Part shown: positions 1 to 11,247 of the stretch, one piece after another
Position numbering within the stretch: the first letter of the stretch is position 1
Layout of the letters: each line of letters begins with the position of its first letter
From: Gemmatimonadota bacterium
GTDB lineage: Bacteria; Gemmatimonadota; Gemmatimonadetes; Palauibacterales; Palauibacteraceae
DNA length: 64,000 bases
NCBI GenBank assembly: GCA_046758745.1
Contig: JBHIAV010000003.1
Span: 32,001 to 96,000 of the forward strand
Reading direction: 5' to 3'
Notes under the pieces: model-generated
The model's database searches: none
Told to the model about the DNA's origin: nothing
What the model saw: only the letters and a program-made list of their open reading frames with translations
Program-made: the position numbers and the translations under genes

Positions 1-137
1 CTATCTTCCCGCCTCCCGCCGTGAAAGTGGCCTGCAGGGCCGCGCCGGGAGGCGAGCCCGGGCCGGGGTGGATCCAGCCTACGGCGCCTCGGCCCAGCCT
101 GTGGCCGGCCTCCGCGCACCCCGCGCCCCAGCCGATC

Positions 138-1217
138 CTACGCGGCGTCCACGCGCGCCGCCCGCGCTCGCTCGAGGACCCGCTCGGCCTTCCGCCTCGC
201 CGCGTGCGCGGGAGACTCGCCCGACGCGGCGGCATCGGCGAAGATCTCCGCCAGGCTGTCCCCGACCCGCACCACTCGGGCGCGAAGCTCCGCGTCGTCC
301 GTCACCCCGCCGTGCATGAGCCCGAACGCGATCGCGCCGCCCGCGTTGACGATGTAGTCGGGGGCGTACAGAATGCCCCGCTCGTGCAGCCGGTCGGCGT
401 CCGACTCGGATTCGAGCTGGTTGTTCGCCGAGCCTGCCACGATGTGGCAGCGCATCCGAGGGATGGTCTCCGAATTCACGGTCGCCCCCACGGCGCACGG
501 AGCATACACGTCGCACTCGGCCCCGTATACCTCCTCGGGCGGCACCACGCCGGCCCCGATCTCGGCAGCAAGCGCTTCGGCCTTCGCGGCGTCGAGGTCG
601 CTCACCAGGAGCTCGGCGCCGGCTCCGGCGAGAAGCCGCGCGAGGGGAGCGCCGACGTCCCCGACTCCCTGAACCAGGACCCGCCGCCCTTCGAGGCCCT
701 CGTGCCCCAGTGCGTGTCGGACCGCCACCAGGATGCCGGTGAAGACCCCCAGCGCAGTGTACGGTCCCGGGTCCGCGCTCTCTCCCTCGGGGCCCGACTG
801 GCCCATGATGTAGCGGCACTCCTCCGCCATGATCCCCATATCCGACGGCGTGGTACCCAGGTCCTCGCCGGTGGCGAAGGCACCGTTCAGCGAATCGACC
901 AGACGGCCGAACCGCCGGAGGAGCGCCTCGCGCTCGGGGCCCACGAGGGGGTGCGGCACGGCGAGGACGCCCTTCCCACCCCCGAACGGGAAGTCGATCG
1001 CCGCCCACTTGTATGTCATCCCCTCGGCGAGCCGCATCGCATCGCGCAGGCCATCCTCGGGAGTCGGGTAGCTCTTCATTCGGCACCCACCCACCGGCAT
1101 GCCGAGGGTCGGATCATGCACCGCGATGAAGAACCAGGTCCCCGTGGCACGGTCGTGGCGGGTCACGACGGCGTGCCCGTCCCACCCTTCGATCAGTGTC
1201 CGCATTCGATCGGACAT
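138..1217 (-). CDS. Glu/Leu/Phe/Val dehydrogenase (leucine dehydrogenase-like)
   Basis: GGCRM, MTYKWA, GGGKGV, GEDLGT, QGVGDVG Rossmann motif, APCA, GSANNQL, YAPDYIVNAGG. Confidence 0.93.
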   Translation of the reverse strand: MSDRMRTLIEGWDGHAVVTRHDRATGTWFFIAVHDPTLGMPVGGCRMKSYPTPEDGLRDAMRLAEGMTYKWAAIDFPFGGGKGVLAVPHPLVGPEREALLRRFGRLVDSLNGAFATGEDLGTTPSDMGIMAEECRYIMGQSGPEGESADPGPYTALGVFTGILVAVRHALGHEGLEGRRVLVQGVGDVGAPLARLLAGAGAELLVSDLDAAKAEALAAEIGAGVVPPEEVYGAECDVYAPCAVGATVNSETIPRMRCHIVAGSANNQLESESDADRLHERGILYAPDYIVNAGGAIAFGLMHGGVTDDAELRARVVRVGDSLAEIFADAAASGESPAHAARRKAERVLERARAARVDAA

Positions 1218-1288
1218 CCGGTTCCCTTCTGTTTCTTGGCGTGAGCCGCCTCGAGCCGGGGCGGCGACCCGCGGTCCCGCCCCGCTTG

Positions 1289-2089
1289 CTAGGCGACCGC
1301 CGGACCTGCCGCGCCCGCGGGCTTCACCGCGTAACCCATGAACAGCACGGACTTGTCCTCGCTCTCTCCGAGATCCATGCGACGCGTCGCCTCCACATAT
1401 GTGAGCCGACCGCGCTTTCGCGCGCGCAACGCACGGATCGTCCCCAAGGGATTCGCCCGTGGCCTGAGCCCTGTGAGGCCGCGAGGCTCCAAACCATGCC
1501 TGGTGAGCAGCGCCTGCAGCTCCCTCGGTTTGATGAACATTCGCCAGTCATGGAGGTGCGGCGGCATGAAGCTCGTCCAGCTCCATTCCTGAAAGAGCTT
1601 GATCACGATCAGCTTGCTTTGGAAGGTCCGGTTGATCGTGTCGTACAGATAGACGCCACCTGCCCTGAGCACCCGGGCGCTTTCCGCGATGACCTGCTCC
1701 AGGTCGTCTACATGCTCCAGCACGTCGCAGCAGTACACGATGTCGAACGCAGCGTCCTCGAATGGAAGGGCTTCACCGCTACCGTGCCGGTAGTTTATCT
1801 CGCGCCCCACCTGCGCGGCGTGAGCCCGCGCGGCAGCCAAGGATTTTTCGGAGGGATCGACGCCGGTTACGGCGCACCCGAGTCCCGCGAACTCCTCGGC
1901 AAGAATCCCGCCTCCGCACCCGACGTCCAGCGCCTTCAAGCCCTTGACGTCAAGCCCGAGATCCTCGAGTAGAACCCTTCGCATGTAGCCGAACCGGCCT
2001 GGATTCAGCGCCTTCAGAACATGGAGGAATCCGGCCTCGTCCCACCACGTGTCCGACAACCTATCGTAGAGCTCGTTATCGACGGGCAT
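1289..2089 (-). CDS. UbiG-like SAM-dependent O-methyltransferase
   Basis: WWDE..LH.LNPGR, LDVGCGGGILAE, DVLEHV, TINRT, HDW..FIKP are UbiG-family motifs. Confidence 0.8.
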   Translation of the reverse strand: MPVDNELYDRLSDTWWDEAGFLHVLKALNPGRFGYMRRVLLEDLGLDVKGLKALDVGCGGGILAEEFAGLGCAVTGVDPSEKSLAAARAHAAQVGREINYRHGSGEALPFEDAAFDIVYCCDVLEHVDDLEQVIAESARVLRAGGVYLYDTINRTFQSKLIVIKLFQEWSWTSFMPPHLHDWRMFIKPRELQALLTRHGLEPRGLTGLRPRANPLGTIRALRARKRGRLTYVEATRRMDLGESEDKSVLFMGYAVKPAGAAGPAVA

Positions 2090-2241
2090 GACAGCCTACT
2101 CCGACGCTCTCGACCCTCAGCCGGCCGGTCATCGACTCGCCTCCTCGGCTTCCCAGGAACCCGAAGTGACGGCCGTCACCCGCCGGACAGAGTCTTGATT
2201 CATCCCGGCGCGGCGACCAGAGGACGGACCCGCTCCTCGTC

Positions 2242-2748
2242 TCAGGGCGTCCTCCCGAGCCTCTCGGAGAGGGCATTCAGATACCGGCGCAGCGTACCAT
2301 CGTAACCAAACACGAAGCGGGCCATGAAGCGGAAGATCGGGTTGTAGATCTCTCCCTTCTCGGTGATGGTGACCCGGGTGCCGGTTCCTTCCGGAACGAG
2401 GTCGTACGTCCAGCTCCCGCCGAAGGGCAGCTCTGGATCGGCGATCACGGTCACCATGTGGCGCGGGGGATCGATCTCGGTCACCTCGTACGTCAGCCGT
2501 CCCTGCCTTCCGACCTCGACCCACACGGGATGTCCGTTGCGGTCGGGAAGGCGTTCCATCCGCTTCACACCGGGTCGCCACGCGGGCGCCTCCTCGAACG
2601 CCGTGATCACCGCCCACACCTCCTCGGGCGGGGCGTCGAGGGTCGCGCTGCCGGAGGCCACGTGTCTTTCCGGGAGGAGCGCCCCCACGATCCCGACCAC
2701 GCTGACGAGCGCGACGACAAAGGCGATCGCGATGAGAACCCACTTCAT
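2242..2748 (-). CDS. SRPBCC (START-like) family protein with N-terminal membrane anchor
   Basis: Hydrophobic N-terminus; DAPPEEVWAVITAFE, GTRVTITE pattern. Confidence 0.8.
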   Translation of the reverse strand: MKWVLIAIAFVVALVSVVGIVGALLPERHVASGSATLDAPPEEVWAVITAFEEAPAWRPGVKRMERLPDRNGHPVWVEVGRQGRLTYEVTEIDPPRHMVTVIADPELPFGGSWTYDLVPEGTGTRVTITEKGEIYNPIFRFMARFVFGYDGTLRRYLNALSERLGRTP

Positions 2749-2814
2749 GACGTGTCACCCCTTTCTTCGATGGGCGTCTTCCAGCTTTGGCCTCCCGGCT
2801 CCTCGGGCGGCCCG

Positions 2815-3309
2815 TCACCCGCCGCGTGCCAGCCGTACAGCCGTTACCACGAGACCGATCCCGATGATCGCGCTCAGGCGAGCCAGCCACGCCGCGCGTC
2901 TCCGGAGGGACGCCGCGAGCGGAGTGCCGGGCTCGACCCGAGAGGCGCGGGGTCCGATCGCGAAGTCATGCAACGCCTGAAGGACGAGCATCGCGACGAC
3001 CGCAGCCAGCTTCCATGCGAGGGCCCGGCCATACGCCGTGGACCAGAACGCCGCCTCGCCGAGCAGCTCCCAGCGGAGGATCTCCCGGAAGTGGAGGTTG
3101 GCCGTCCCGGTGACGAGCAGGACGACGACCGCGATCCACCCGGCGAGCCGGTAGCGCTCACCGAGCGATCGAAAGAGCTCGGCGCGCAGAGACTCCGGTT
3201 CCACCCGGCGGAGCACGGGCGCGCCGACGGCGGCGAGGAAGAACATGCCGCCGAGCCAGAAGAGGGCGGCGAGGAGGTGGAGCGTGACGCTCAGTTGATA
3301 GAGCGACAC
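2815..3309 (-). CDS. CopD/DUF4149-like integral membrane protein
   Basis: LHLLAALFWLGGMFF, YGRALAWKL, HDF..GP; four TM segments. Confidence 0.7.
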   Translation of the reverse strand: MSLYQLSVTLHLLAALFWLGGMFFLAAVGAPVLRRVEPESLRAELFRSLGERYRLAGWIAVVVLLVTGTANLHFREILRWELLGEAAFWSTAYGRALAWKLAAVVAMLVLQALHDFAIGPRASRVEPGTPLAASLRRRAAWLARLSAIIGIGLVVTAVRLARGG

Positions 3310-3406
3310 GCCGGCGCTCTCTTCCCGATCGGCCGGAGCGGAGCCACCGCTCCCTCACCTCTCACCTTCGACTCCTCGGAGGGTGATCTCCCGGCTCGCC
3401 CACTCT

Positions 3407-4072
3407 TCACACGGGCCACTCCTCCCCGCGCCAGCACATCTCCCAGAACCGCCACTCGTAACGGCTCGAGAGGACGAAGAGATCGGTCAGACGCCGGCGC
3501 TTCTCCGACCCCACCCCCTCGACGACCCGGTTCGTCTCGGCCTGCAGCCACTCCGATGCCTCGCAGAACTCCCGGGAGGTGTACTGCGCGATCCAGTCGG
3601 CGTACCGCTGATCGGCCGGGGGGCTCGATTCGGCGAGATGGGCAGCGATGTGCGCGTAACCCCACGCGCAGGGGAGGAGAGCGGCGAGGAGATCCGCCAT
3701 GTCCCCATCTGCCGCCGTGCGAACCAGAAAGTCCGTGTACGCCCGGGTCGTCGGCCACATGGGCTCGGCCTCCAGCTCCTCGGCCGAGATCCCGAAGCGG
3801 GCCGCGTATTTCCGGTGCAGCTCCATCTCCGTGTTCAGGGTGAGATGGAGGGCGGCGGCGAACCAGCCCATGGACTCCAGCCGGTCCGCCTTCGCGGCCC
3901 CCCATGCGAAGATGCGCGCGAACTCCTTGAGGTACAGGTAGTCCTGCCTCACCCATCGGCCGAACAGCCCCTCGTCCAGCGTTCCGTCGCCGATCCCGAC
4001 GACGAAGGGATGGCGGAGCTGGGCCTCCCAGATGGGCCGCGCGGCCTTCAACAGCTGGTCGGTGAACGCCAC
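3407..4072 (-). CDS. tenA: thiaminase II / aminopyrimidine aminohydrolase (TenA, Cys type)
   Basis: HPFV..IGDGTL, QDYLYL, LLPCAWGY (catalytic Cys), YADWIAQY, YEWRFWEM. Confidence 0.92.
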   Translation of the reverse strand: MAFTDQLLKAARPIWEAQLRHPFVVGIGDGTLDEGLFGRWVRQDYLYLKEFARIFAWGAAKADRLESMGWFAAALHLTLNTEMELHRKYAARFGISAEELEAEPMWPTTRAYTDFLVRTAADGDMADLLAALLPCAWGYAHIAAHLAESSPPADQRYADWIAQYTSREFCEASEWLQAETNRVVEGVGSEKRRRLTDLFVLSSRYEWRFWEMCWRGEEWPV

Positions 4073-4075
4073 CCC

Positions 4076-4780
4076 TCAGCCGCGCGTCGGAACGGGGCGC
4101 ACGCCCGCGGCGGCGAGCCCCGGGAAGGACTCGAGGCCCGGCCAGCTCTCGCCCTGCATGGCGAGCTCCCAGAAGGCCACCTCGTACTTCGTCGTCACCT
4201 CGAACAGGTCGGCCATCCGGGCGCGCGCGGCGGGTCCGACCTCCCCCGCCAGCGTGTCCAGCTCCCCCTCCAGGTACATGACGTACTCGCGAAACGACTC
4301 CCCACCCCACTTCTCGACGAACGGGTACCAGGACGAGGACGGATCGATGCCCTCCTTCACCACGCGCCACGAATCGTGGTACGCCTTCTCGGCCACATAG
4401 TACACGGTGTACGCCTCCGCGTAGCTCGCCGCATACGCCGTGGCGATGAGGAACTGCACGTACGCATGACAGATGAAGGAGGGGGGCGTGCCCTTGAGCT
4501 CGACTCCGAGCGCGGACGCGCGCTCCTCGAACAGACGGAGCTCCTGATGGAGCGCGGCCAACGCGTTCGTCAGCGGCTCACGATGCCGCGCGGGAGCGCG
4601 GGGGATGAGCGCCGCCGTGAAGGGGATGGCCGCCTCGACGAAGAGGTAGTCCTGGCGCATCCAGGTGGCGAACTTCTCGGGGGGGAGGGTCCCGTCACGC
4701 GTCTCGCGCAGGAACGGGTGGGCCAGCATGAAGTCCCACAGCGGCCTGAGCCGCTCGAGCTGCTCGGCGCAGAATCCCAT
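4076..4780 (-). CDS. TenA-family protein (TenA_E-like, no catalytic Cys)
   Basis: HPFL..RDGTL, QDYLFV, AEKAYHDSW, YEVAFWE; tandem with tenA. Confidence 0.85.
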   Translation of the reverse strand: MGFCAEQLERLRPLWDFMLAHPFLRETRDGTLPPEKFATWMRQDYLFVEAAIPFTAALIPRAPARHREPLTNALAALHQELRLFEERASALGVELKGTPPSFICHAYVQFLIATAYAASYAEAYTVYYVAEKAYHDSWRVVKEGIDPSSSWYPFVEKWGGESFREYVMYLEGELDTLAGEVGPAARARMADLFEVTTKYEVAFWELAMQGESWPGLESFPGLAAAGVRPVPTRG

Positions 4781-4784
4781 GTTC

Positions 4785-4835
4785 GACTCCCTCCGCCGGC
4801 ATTACCCGGGCAGGTTCAAAGGGTGTGATCTCAGC
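4785..4835 (-). ncRNA. TPP (THI-box) riboswitch, 3' portion only
   Basis: Minus strand reads GCTGAGATCACACCCTTTGAACCTGCCCGGGTAATGCCGGCGGAGGGAGTC, matching the UGAGA..ACCC..GAACCUG..GG.UAAUGCC.GCG.AGGGA consensus, directly before the ATG of a thiamine-salvage operon. Confidence 0.85.
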
Positions 4836-4841
4836 GGGCGG

Positions 4842-4870
4842 ATCATACCGGCAGGGGCGCGTGGTGAAAA
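4842..4870 (-). promoter_or_regulatory. putative sigma-70 promoter of the tenA operon
   Basis: TTTTCA-N17-TATGAT on the minus strand. Confidence 0.55.
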
Positions 4871-4962
4871 GGAGCCTGGAGGACTTCCGAGCGTTGGCCG
4901 GCCTGCCGCGACCGGCGCTACATTGGGTGCGAAACTTTCCGACCGTCAGCGGGAGGAGAGCC

Positions 4963-5520
4963 ATGCGACTGGAAGGAAAGCGCGTCGCGTACCTGGTCGA
5001 GGAAGGCTTCGAGGACCTCGAGTTCTGGGTGCCCGTGATGCGGCTGCGCGAGGAAGGCGCGGAAGTGGTGGTCGTGGGAACGGGTCGGCAGGAATCGTTC
5101 CGTGGCAAGCATTGTCTGAAGGCGACCCCCGACACCACGGCGGATGACGTGCGGGCGGAGGACTTCGACGCGGTGGTGATCCCGGGCGGATGGGCCCCCG
5201 ACAAGTTGCGGCGATTCGAGAGCGTCCTCAGGCTCGTGCGCCAGGCAGCCGAGCTGGACCGGGTGGTGGGCGCGATCTGCCACGCCGGATCGGTTCCGAT
5301 CAGCGCCGGGATCGTGCGCGGCCGCCGGGCCACCGGTTCCACGGGAATCAAGGACGACCTCGAGAACGCCGGCGCGATGTGGATCGACGAGCCCGCGTTT
5401 CGCGACGGCAACTTCGTGTGGGGGCGCGTGGTGGAGGACATCCCCGACTTCTGCCGGGAGCTGGTCCGGGCGATCGCCACGCACGTGCCGAGCGCTCCAC
5501 GGGCCCAGGCGGTCGGTTGA
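4963..5520 (+). CDS. PfpI/DJ-1 family type 1 glutamine amidotransferase-like protein
   Basis: GFEDLE, FDAVVIPGGWAPDKLR, AICHAG; GGAGGAG RBS before ATG 4963. Confidence 0.9.
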   Translation: MRLEGKRVAYLVEEGFEDLEFWVPVMRLREEGAEVVVVGTGRQESFRGKHCLKATPDTTADDVRAEDFDAVVIPGGWAPDKLRRFESVLRLVRQAAELDRVVGAICHAGSVPISAGIVRGRRATGSTGIKDDLENAGAMWIDEPAFRDGNFVWGRVVEDIPDFCRELVRAIATHVPSAPRAQAVG

Positions 5521-5707
5521 GCTGAGGCCGAGCCGCCGCCTATCCGGCCTCCGGTACGGGATCGCCGGCTCCGTACTGCCGCGCAACCGACGAGCCGCCG
5601 CCCTTACCCCTCCTTCTTCTAGGCCTCCGGATCGGCCTTCGCGTCCGTCGCCCGCGGCGGCCCGGCGCTGGACACGAGCACCGACGGATCGGCTCTCGCC
5701 TGCGACA

Positions 5708-6456
5708 TCAGCCTCCCTTCCCCAGAACGGCCAGAAGGTAGTCCCGGTTCAGCCGGGCGATGTAGTCGACGCTGATCTCTTTCGGGCAGGCGTTCTGGCA
5801 GGCCCCGTGGTTGGTGCAGTTGCCGAAGCGCTCCCGATCCATCTGGAGGACCATCTCCAGCACCCGGTCGTAGCGCTCCGGCTGTCCCTGCGGGAGCAGA
5901 CCCAGGTGGGTGACCTTCGCCGAGGTGAAGAGCATCGCTGAAGCGTTGGGACACGCCGCCACGCATGCCCCGCAGCCGATGCAGGTCGCGGCGTCGAACG
6001 CCCGGTCCGCGTCCTCCTTACCCACCGGGATGGCGTTCGCGTCGGGAGCGCTCCCGGCGCGCACGGAGATGTACCCGCCCACCTGGATAATCCGGTCGAA
6101 GGCGCTCCGGTCGACCACGAGGTCCTTCACCACGGGGAAGGCGGCGGCGCGCCACGGTTCGAGCCACAGCTCGTCGCCGTCCCGATAGTGACGCATGTGG
6201 AGCTGGCACACAGTGGTGGCGGGGAGGGGCCCGTGCGGCCGGCCGTCGATCACGAAGCCGCACGAGCCGCAGATCCCCTCGCGGCAGTCGTGGTCGAAGG
6301 CGATCGGCTCCTCGTCCCGCTCCACGATCTCCTCGTTCACCACGTCCAGCATCTCGAGGAAGGACATGTCGGGACTCACCCCGCTCGCCTCGTAGGTGAC
6401 GAAGCGTCCCTCCGCCGCGGGGCCGGCCTGGCGCCACACGTGCAGGGTGAGGCGCA

Positions 6457-6457
<1 letters not shown>
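5708..6457 (-). CDS. sdhB: succinate dehydrogenase/fumarate reductase iron-sulfur subunit
   Basis: [34 protein letters not shown]; start overlaps the sdhA stop. Confidence 0.95.
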
Positions 6458-8370
<1,913 letters not shown>

Positions 8371-8385
8371 CTCGCGTCTTCCCGC

Positions 8386-9063
8386 TTACCGGACGATGCC
8401 CGCGAGGACCGCGGCCGGACCCGAGAGGAACCCCGCGACGATGAGTATCGCTAGCGCCGCGGCGAGCGGTCGGCGGTGACGGTTGTACCGGGGGTGGTTG
8501 GCGCCGAGCGTCTGAAAGCCGCTCCACACGCCGTGGTAGACGTGGAGTCCCAGGAAGATCATGGCGGCCGCGTAGGCCAGCGCCACCGGCCATGTCTGGA
8601 AGCCGGTCACGAAGTTGTGGTAGGCGTCACCCGGGATGAAGTCGCGGTGCGCGGTCCCCCACGTGAAGTGCATCAGGTGGTAGATGACGAAGGCCGTGAT
8701 GATGACGCCACCCCAACGCATGGTTCGCGACGCATAGCTGAATTCGATCGACTCGGTTTTCCGGTATCCGACCGGGCGCGCCGCGTGGCTCATCCGCGAG
8801 AGCTGGATGGCGGCCGCGATGTGGATCGTCACCGACACCAGCAGGACGATCCGAAGGATCCACAGGAGCTGGCCGTGGCCGAAGATCGGATAGCCCGCCT
8901 CGCGGAGGAACTCGGCGTACGCGTTGAACTTCTCAGGCCCCTGGAAGACCTTGAGATTGCCGAGCATGTGGACGACGACGAACCCGACGAAGAGGTACCC
9001 GGTGATCGCCATCGCCGCCTTCTTGCCGACCGAGCTGCCGTACACAGAAAGGACCCGGCGCAT
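8386..9063 (-). CDS. sdhC: succinate dehydrogenase cytochrome b subunit
   Basis: SSVGKK..MAITG, HMLGNL, five TM segments with conserved His; upstream of sdhA. Confidence 0.92.
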   Translation of the reverse strand: MRRVLSVYGSSVGKKAAMAITGYLFVGFVVVHMLGNLKVFQGPEKFNAYAEFLREAGYPIFGHGQLLWILRIVLLVSVTIHIAAAIQLSRMSHAARPVGYRKTESIEFSYASRTMRWGGVIITAFVIYHLMHFTWGTAHRDFIPGDAYHNFVTGFQTWPVALAYAAAMIFLGLHVYHGVWSGFQTLGANHPRYNRHRRPLAAALAILIVAGFLSGPAAVLAGIVR

Positions 9064-9155
9064 TACCACTCGCTTCGTTGGGGAATGAGCCGGGGGGACA
9101 ATATCGAGGGCCACGGACCGCAACAAGCAGCCGCCGAGGAGGACGAGGGACGCCG

Positions 9156-9539
9156 TCAGCTCTCCCAGTAGCGGGCCTTTCGCGGGAGGATCCCCCTCAG
9201 CCCGCCGGTGGGATCCGGCACATCTCCCAGGTGGCGCGGGATGACATGGATGTGGGCGTGCTGGATCGTCTGTCCGGCCGCGAGCCCGTCGTTGATCCCG
9301 ATGGTGAAGCCATCGGGCCTGAGGTCGGCGGCGAGCCGTCCCCTGACCTCCGCCACCAGCTCCCAGATCGCCGCCTGCTCTCCCCTCGGTAGCTCGTAGA
9401 AGCCCTCGACGTGGCGCTTGGGCACGACGAGGGTATGGCCCTCTGTCGCCGGATAGAGGTCGGGCACGGCGACGGCCTCTTCCGTCTCGATCCAGATGCG
9501 CTCGTCCGGCAGCGGGCAAAAGGGACAATCGCTGTCCAT
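9156..9539 (-). CDS. HIT family hydrolase
   Basis: CPFC, GHTLVVPKRH, AGQTIQHAHIHVIPR histidine triad. Confidence 0.93.
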   Translation of the reverse strand: MDSDCPFCPLPDERIWIETEEAVAVPDLYPATEGHTLVVPKRHVEGFYELPRGEQAAIWELVAEVRGRLAADLRPDGFTIGINDGLAAGQTIQHAHIHVIPRHLGDVPDPTGGLRGILPRKARYWES

Positions 9540-9809
9540 ACCAACCTCGAAGAGACCGGAGCCACGGGGGAAGCGGAGCGAGGCGCTCCGACGCTCCGCT
9601 CACACCAACCTACCACCCCGCCCGTGCCTCGTCACCGGGAACGTCGGGGCGTCCGGAATGGTTTACCGCCGCACGCCGCTCGCAACGGAACGCGTGCGGG
9701 AGGTTTCGAGGCCGCGTAGTTTCGTTCTTCCCGTCTCGCTCCCGTAAGAAGCCGGCCCGCCGGGGGATAGAGTCGGGCGCAGGATCCCCGCGTGGGCCAA
9801 GGAGGCCGT

Positions 9810-11243
9810 ATGCGTCCTCTAGGCTGCTCGATGGTGGCGGCGCTGTACGCGGTGGCGCCGGCCCTGGGCGCGGTGGCGCCGGCCCTGGGCGCGCAGGTGT
9901 CGGGGGAGAGGACGACGTCGCTCACCGAACTGAGTTCCTCCTTCGAGCGCCTCTCGGCCGCGATCGCTCCCTCCGTCGTGCGGATCCAGACGACCGGTTT
10001 CGGACTCTCCGAGGAGAGCCTCCGGGCGGGCTCGTTCGCCCACACGCAGAGCGAGGGATCGGGCGTCATCCTCCATCCCGACGGCTATATCGTCACGAAC
10101 GCGCATGTGGTCGAGGGCGCGCAGCGCGTTCGCGTCGAGCTGGCCGCCCCTCCGGAGTCGCTTCCCACGGGTCGGTCGATCCTTCGGCCCCGCGGAGAGC
10201 TGCTCGAGGCACGCGTCGTCGGGGTGGATGTGGAGACCGACCTGGCGGTGCTGAGGGTGGAGCGCTCGGGCCTTCCGGCCGTCCAGCTCGCCGACTCCGA
10301 CGAGCTGCAACCCGGCCAGATCGTCCTCGCCTTCGGGAGTCCTCTCGGCCTCGAGAACTCCGTCACCATGGGCGTGGTGAGCGCGGTGGCACGTCAGCTC
10401 CGGCCGGGGGACCCGATGGTCTACATCCAGACGGACGCCCCGATCAACCCGGGCAGCAGCGGCGGTCCTCTGGTGGACGCGACCGGCCGTGTCGTCGGAA
10501 TCAACACCTTCATCTTCTCCCGGTCCGGCGGGAACGAGGGGATCGGCTTCGCCGCTCCCAGCAACATCGTGGCGAGCGTGTTCCGGCAGTTGAAGGAGAC
10601 CGGCCGCGTTCGGCGGGGCATCATCGGGGTGACGGCCCAGACGATCGATCCGATGATGGCCGCCGGCCTCGGGCTGCCCCGCTCCTGGGGGGTGATACTG
10701 GGAGACGTACATCCCGGCGGGCCGGCGGATCGGACCGGGCTGCGAGTGGGCGACATCGTGCTCACTCTGGACGGAAAGCCTATGGAGAACGGGCGGCAAT
10801 TCGACGTCAACGTGTACCGCAAAGTCATCGGCGACATCACCCGACTCGAGGTGTTGCGCGGCGACTCGACCCTCACTTTCGAGGTGCCGGTCTACGAGCG
10901 GGCGTTCGACCCACAGAGCCTGGCCGACCTCGTGACCGAGGAGGAGAACCTGATCCCGGAGCTCGGGATCCTCGGGATCACCCTGGACGCCGAGTTGGCC
11001 CGCCTTCTTCCGCCGCTCCGCAACCGCAGCGGGGTGATCGTGGCCGCCAGGGCGCCCGGCGTCACGTACTGGGGAGGGAACGGTCTTCTCCCGGGCGACG
11101 TCATCCTCGCGGTGAACGGGATACCCGTGAGCGGGCTGGCCACCCTGCGCTCGGCCATGGGGAGGACCCGTCACGGTGAACCGGTGGTCGTGCAGGTGGA
11201 GCGCCGCGGCGGGTTGCGCTACCTGGTCTTCGAGCGGGAGTGA
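9810..11243 (+). CDS. HtrA/DegP-like trypsin serine protease with two PDZ domains
   Basis: GSGVI..TNAHVV, DLAVL, QTDAPINPGSSGGPL; signal peptide; GGAGG RBS. Confidence 0.93.
   Translation: MRPLGCSMVAALYAVAPALGAVAPALGAQVSGERTTSLTELSSSFERLSAAIAPSVVRIQTTGFGLSEESLRAGSFAHTQSEGSGVILHPDGYIVTNAHVVEGAQRVRVELAAPPESLPTGRSILRPRGELLEARVVGVDVETDLAVLRVERSGLPAVQLADSDELQPGQIVLAFGSPLGLENSVTMGVVSAVARQLRPGDPMVYIQTDAPINPGSSGGPLVDATGRVVGINTFIFSRSGGNEGIGFAAPSNIVASVFRQLKETGRVRRGIIGVTAQTIDPMMAAGLGLPRSWGVILGDVHPGGPADRTGLRVGDIVLTLDGKPMENGRQFDVNVYRKVIGDITRLEVLRGDSTLTFEVPVYERAFDPQSLADLVTEEENLIPELGILGITLDAELARLLPPLRNRSGVIVAARAPGVTYWGGNGLLPGDVILAVNGIPVSGLATLRSAMGRTRHGEPVVVQVERRGGLRYLVFERE
9849..9890 (+). repeat. perfect 21-bp tandem duplication in the htrA signal peptide
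   Basis: GCGGTGGCGCCGGCCCTGGGC x2, encoding AVAPALG twice. Confidence 0.9.
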
Positions 11244-11247
11244 GACG

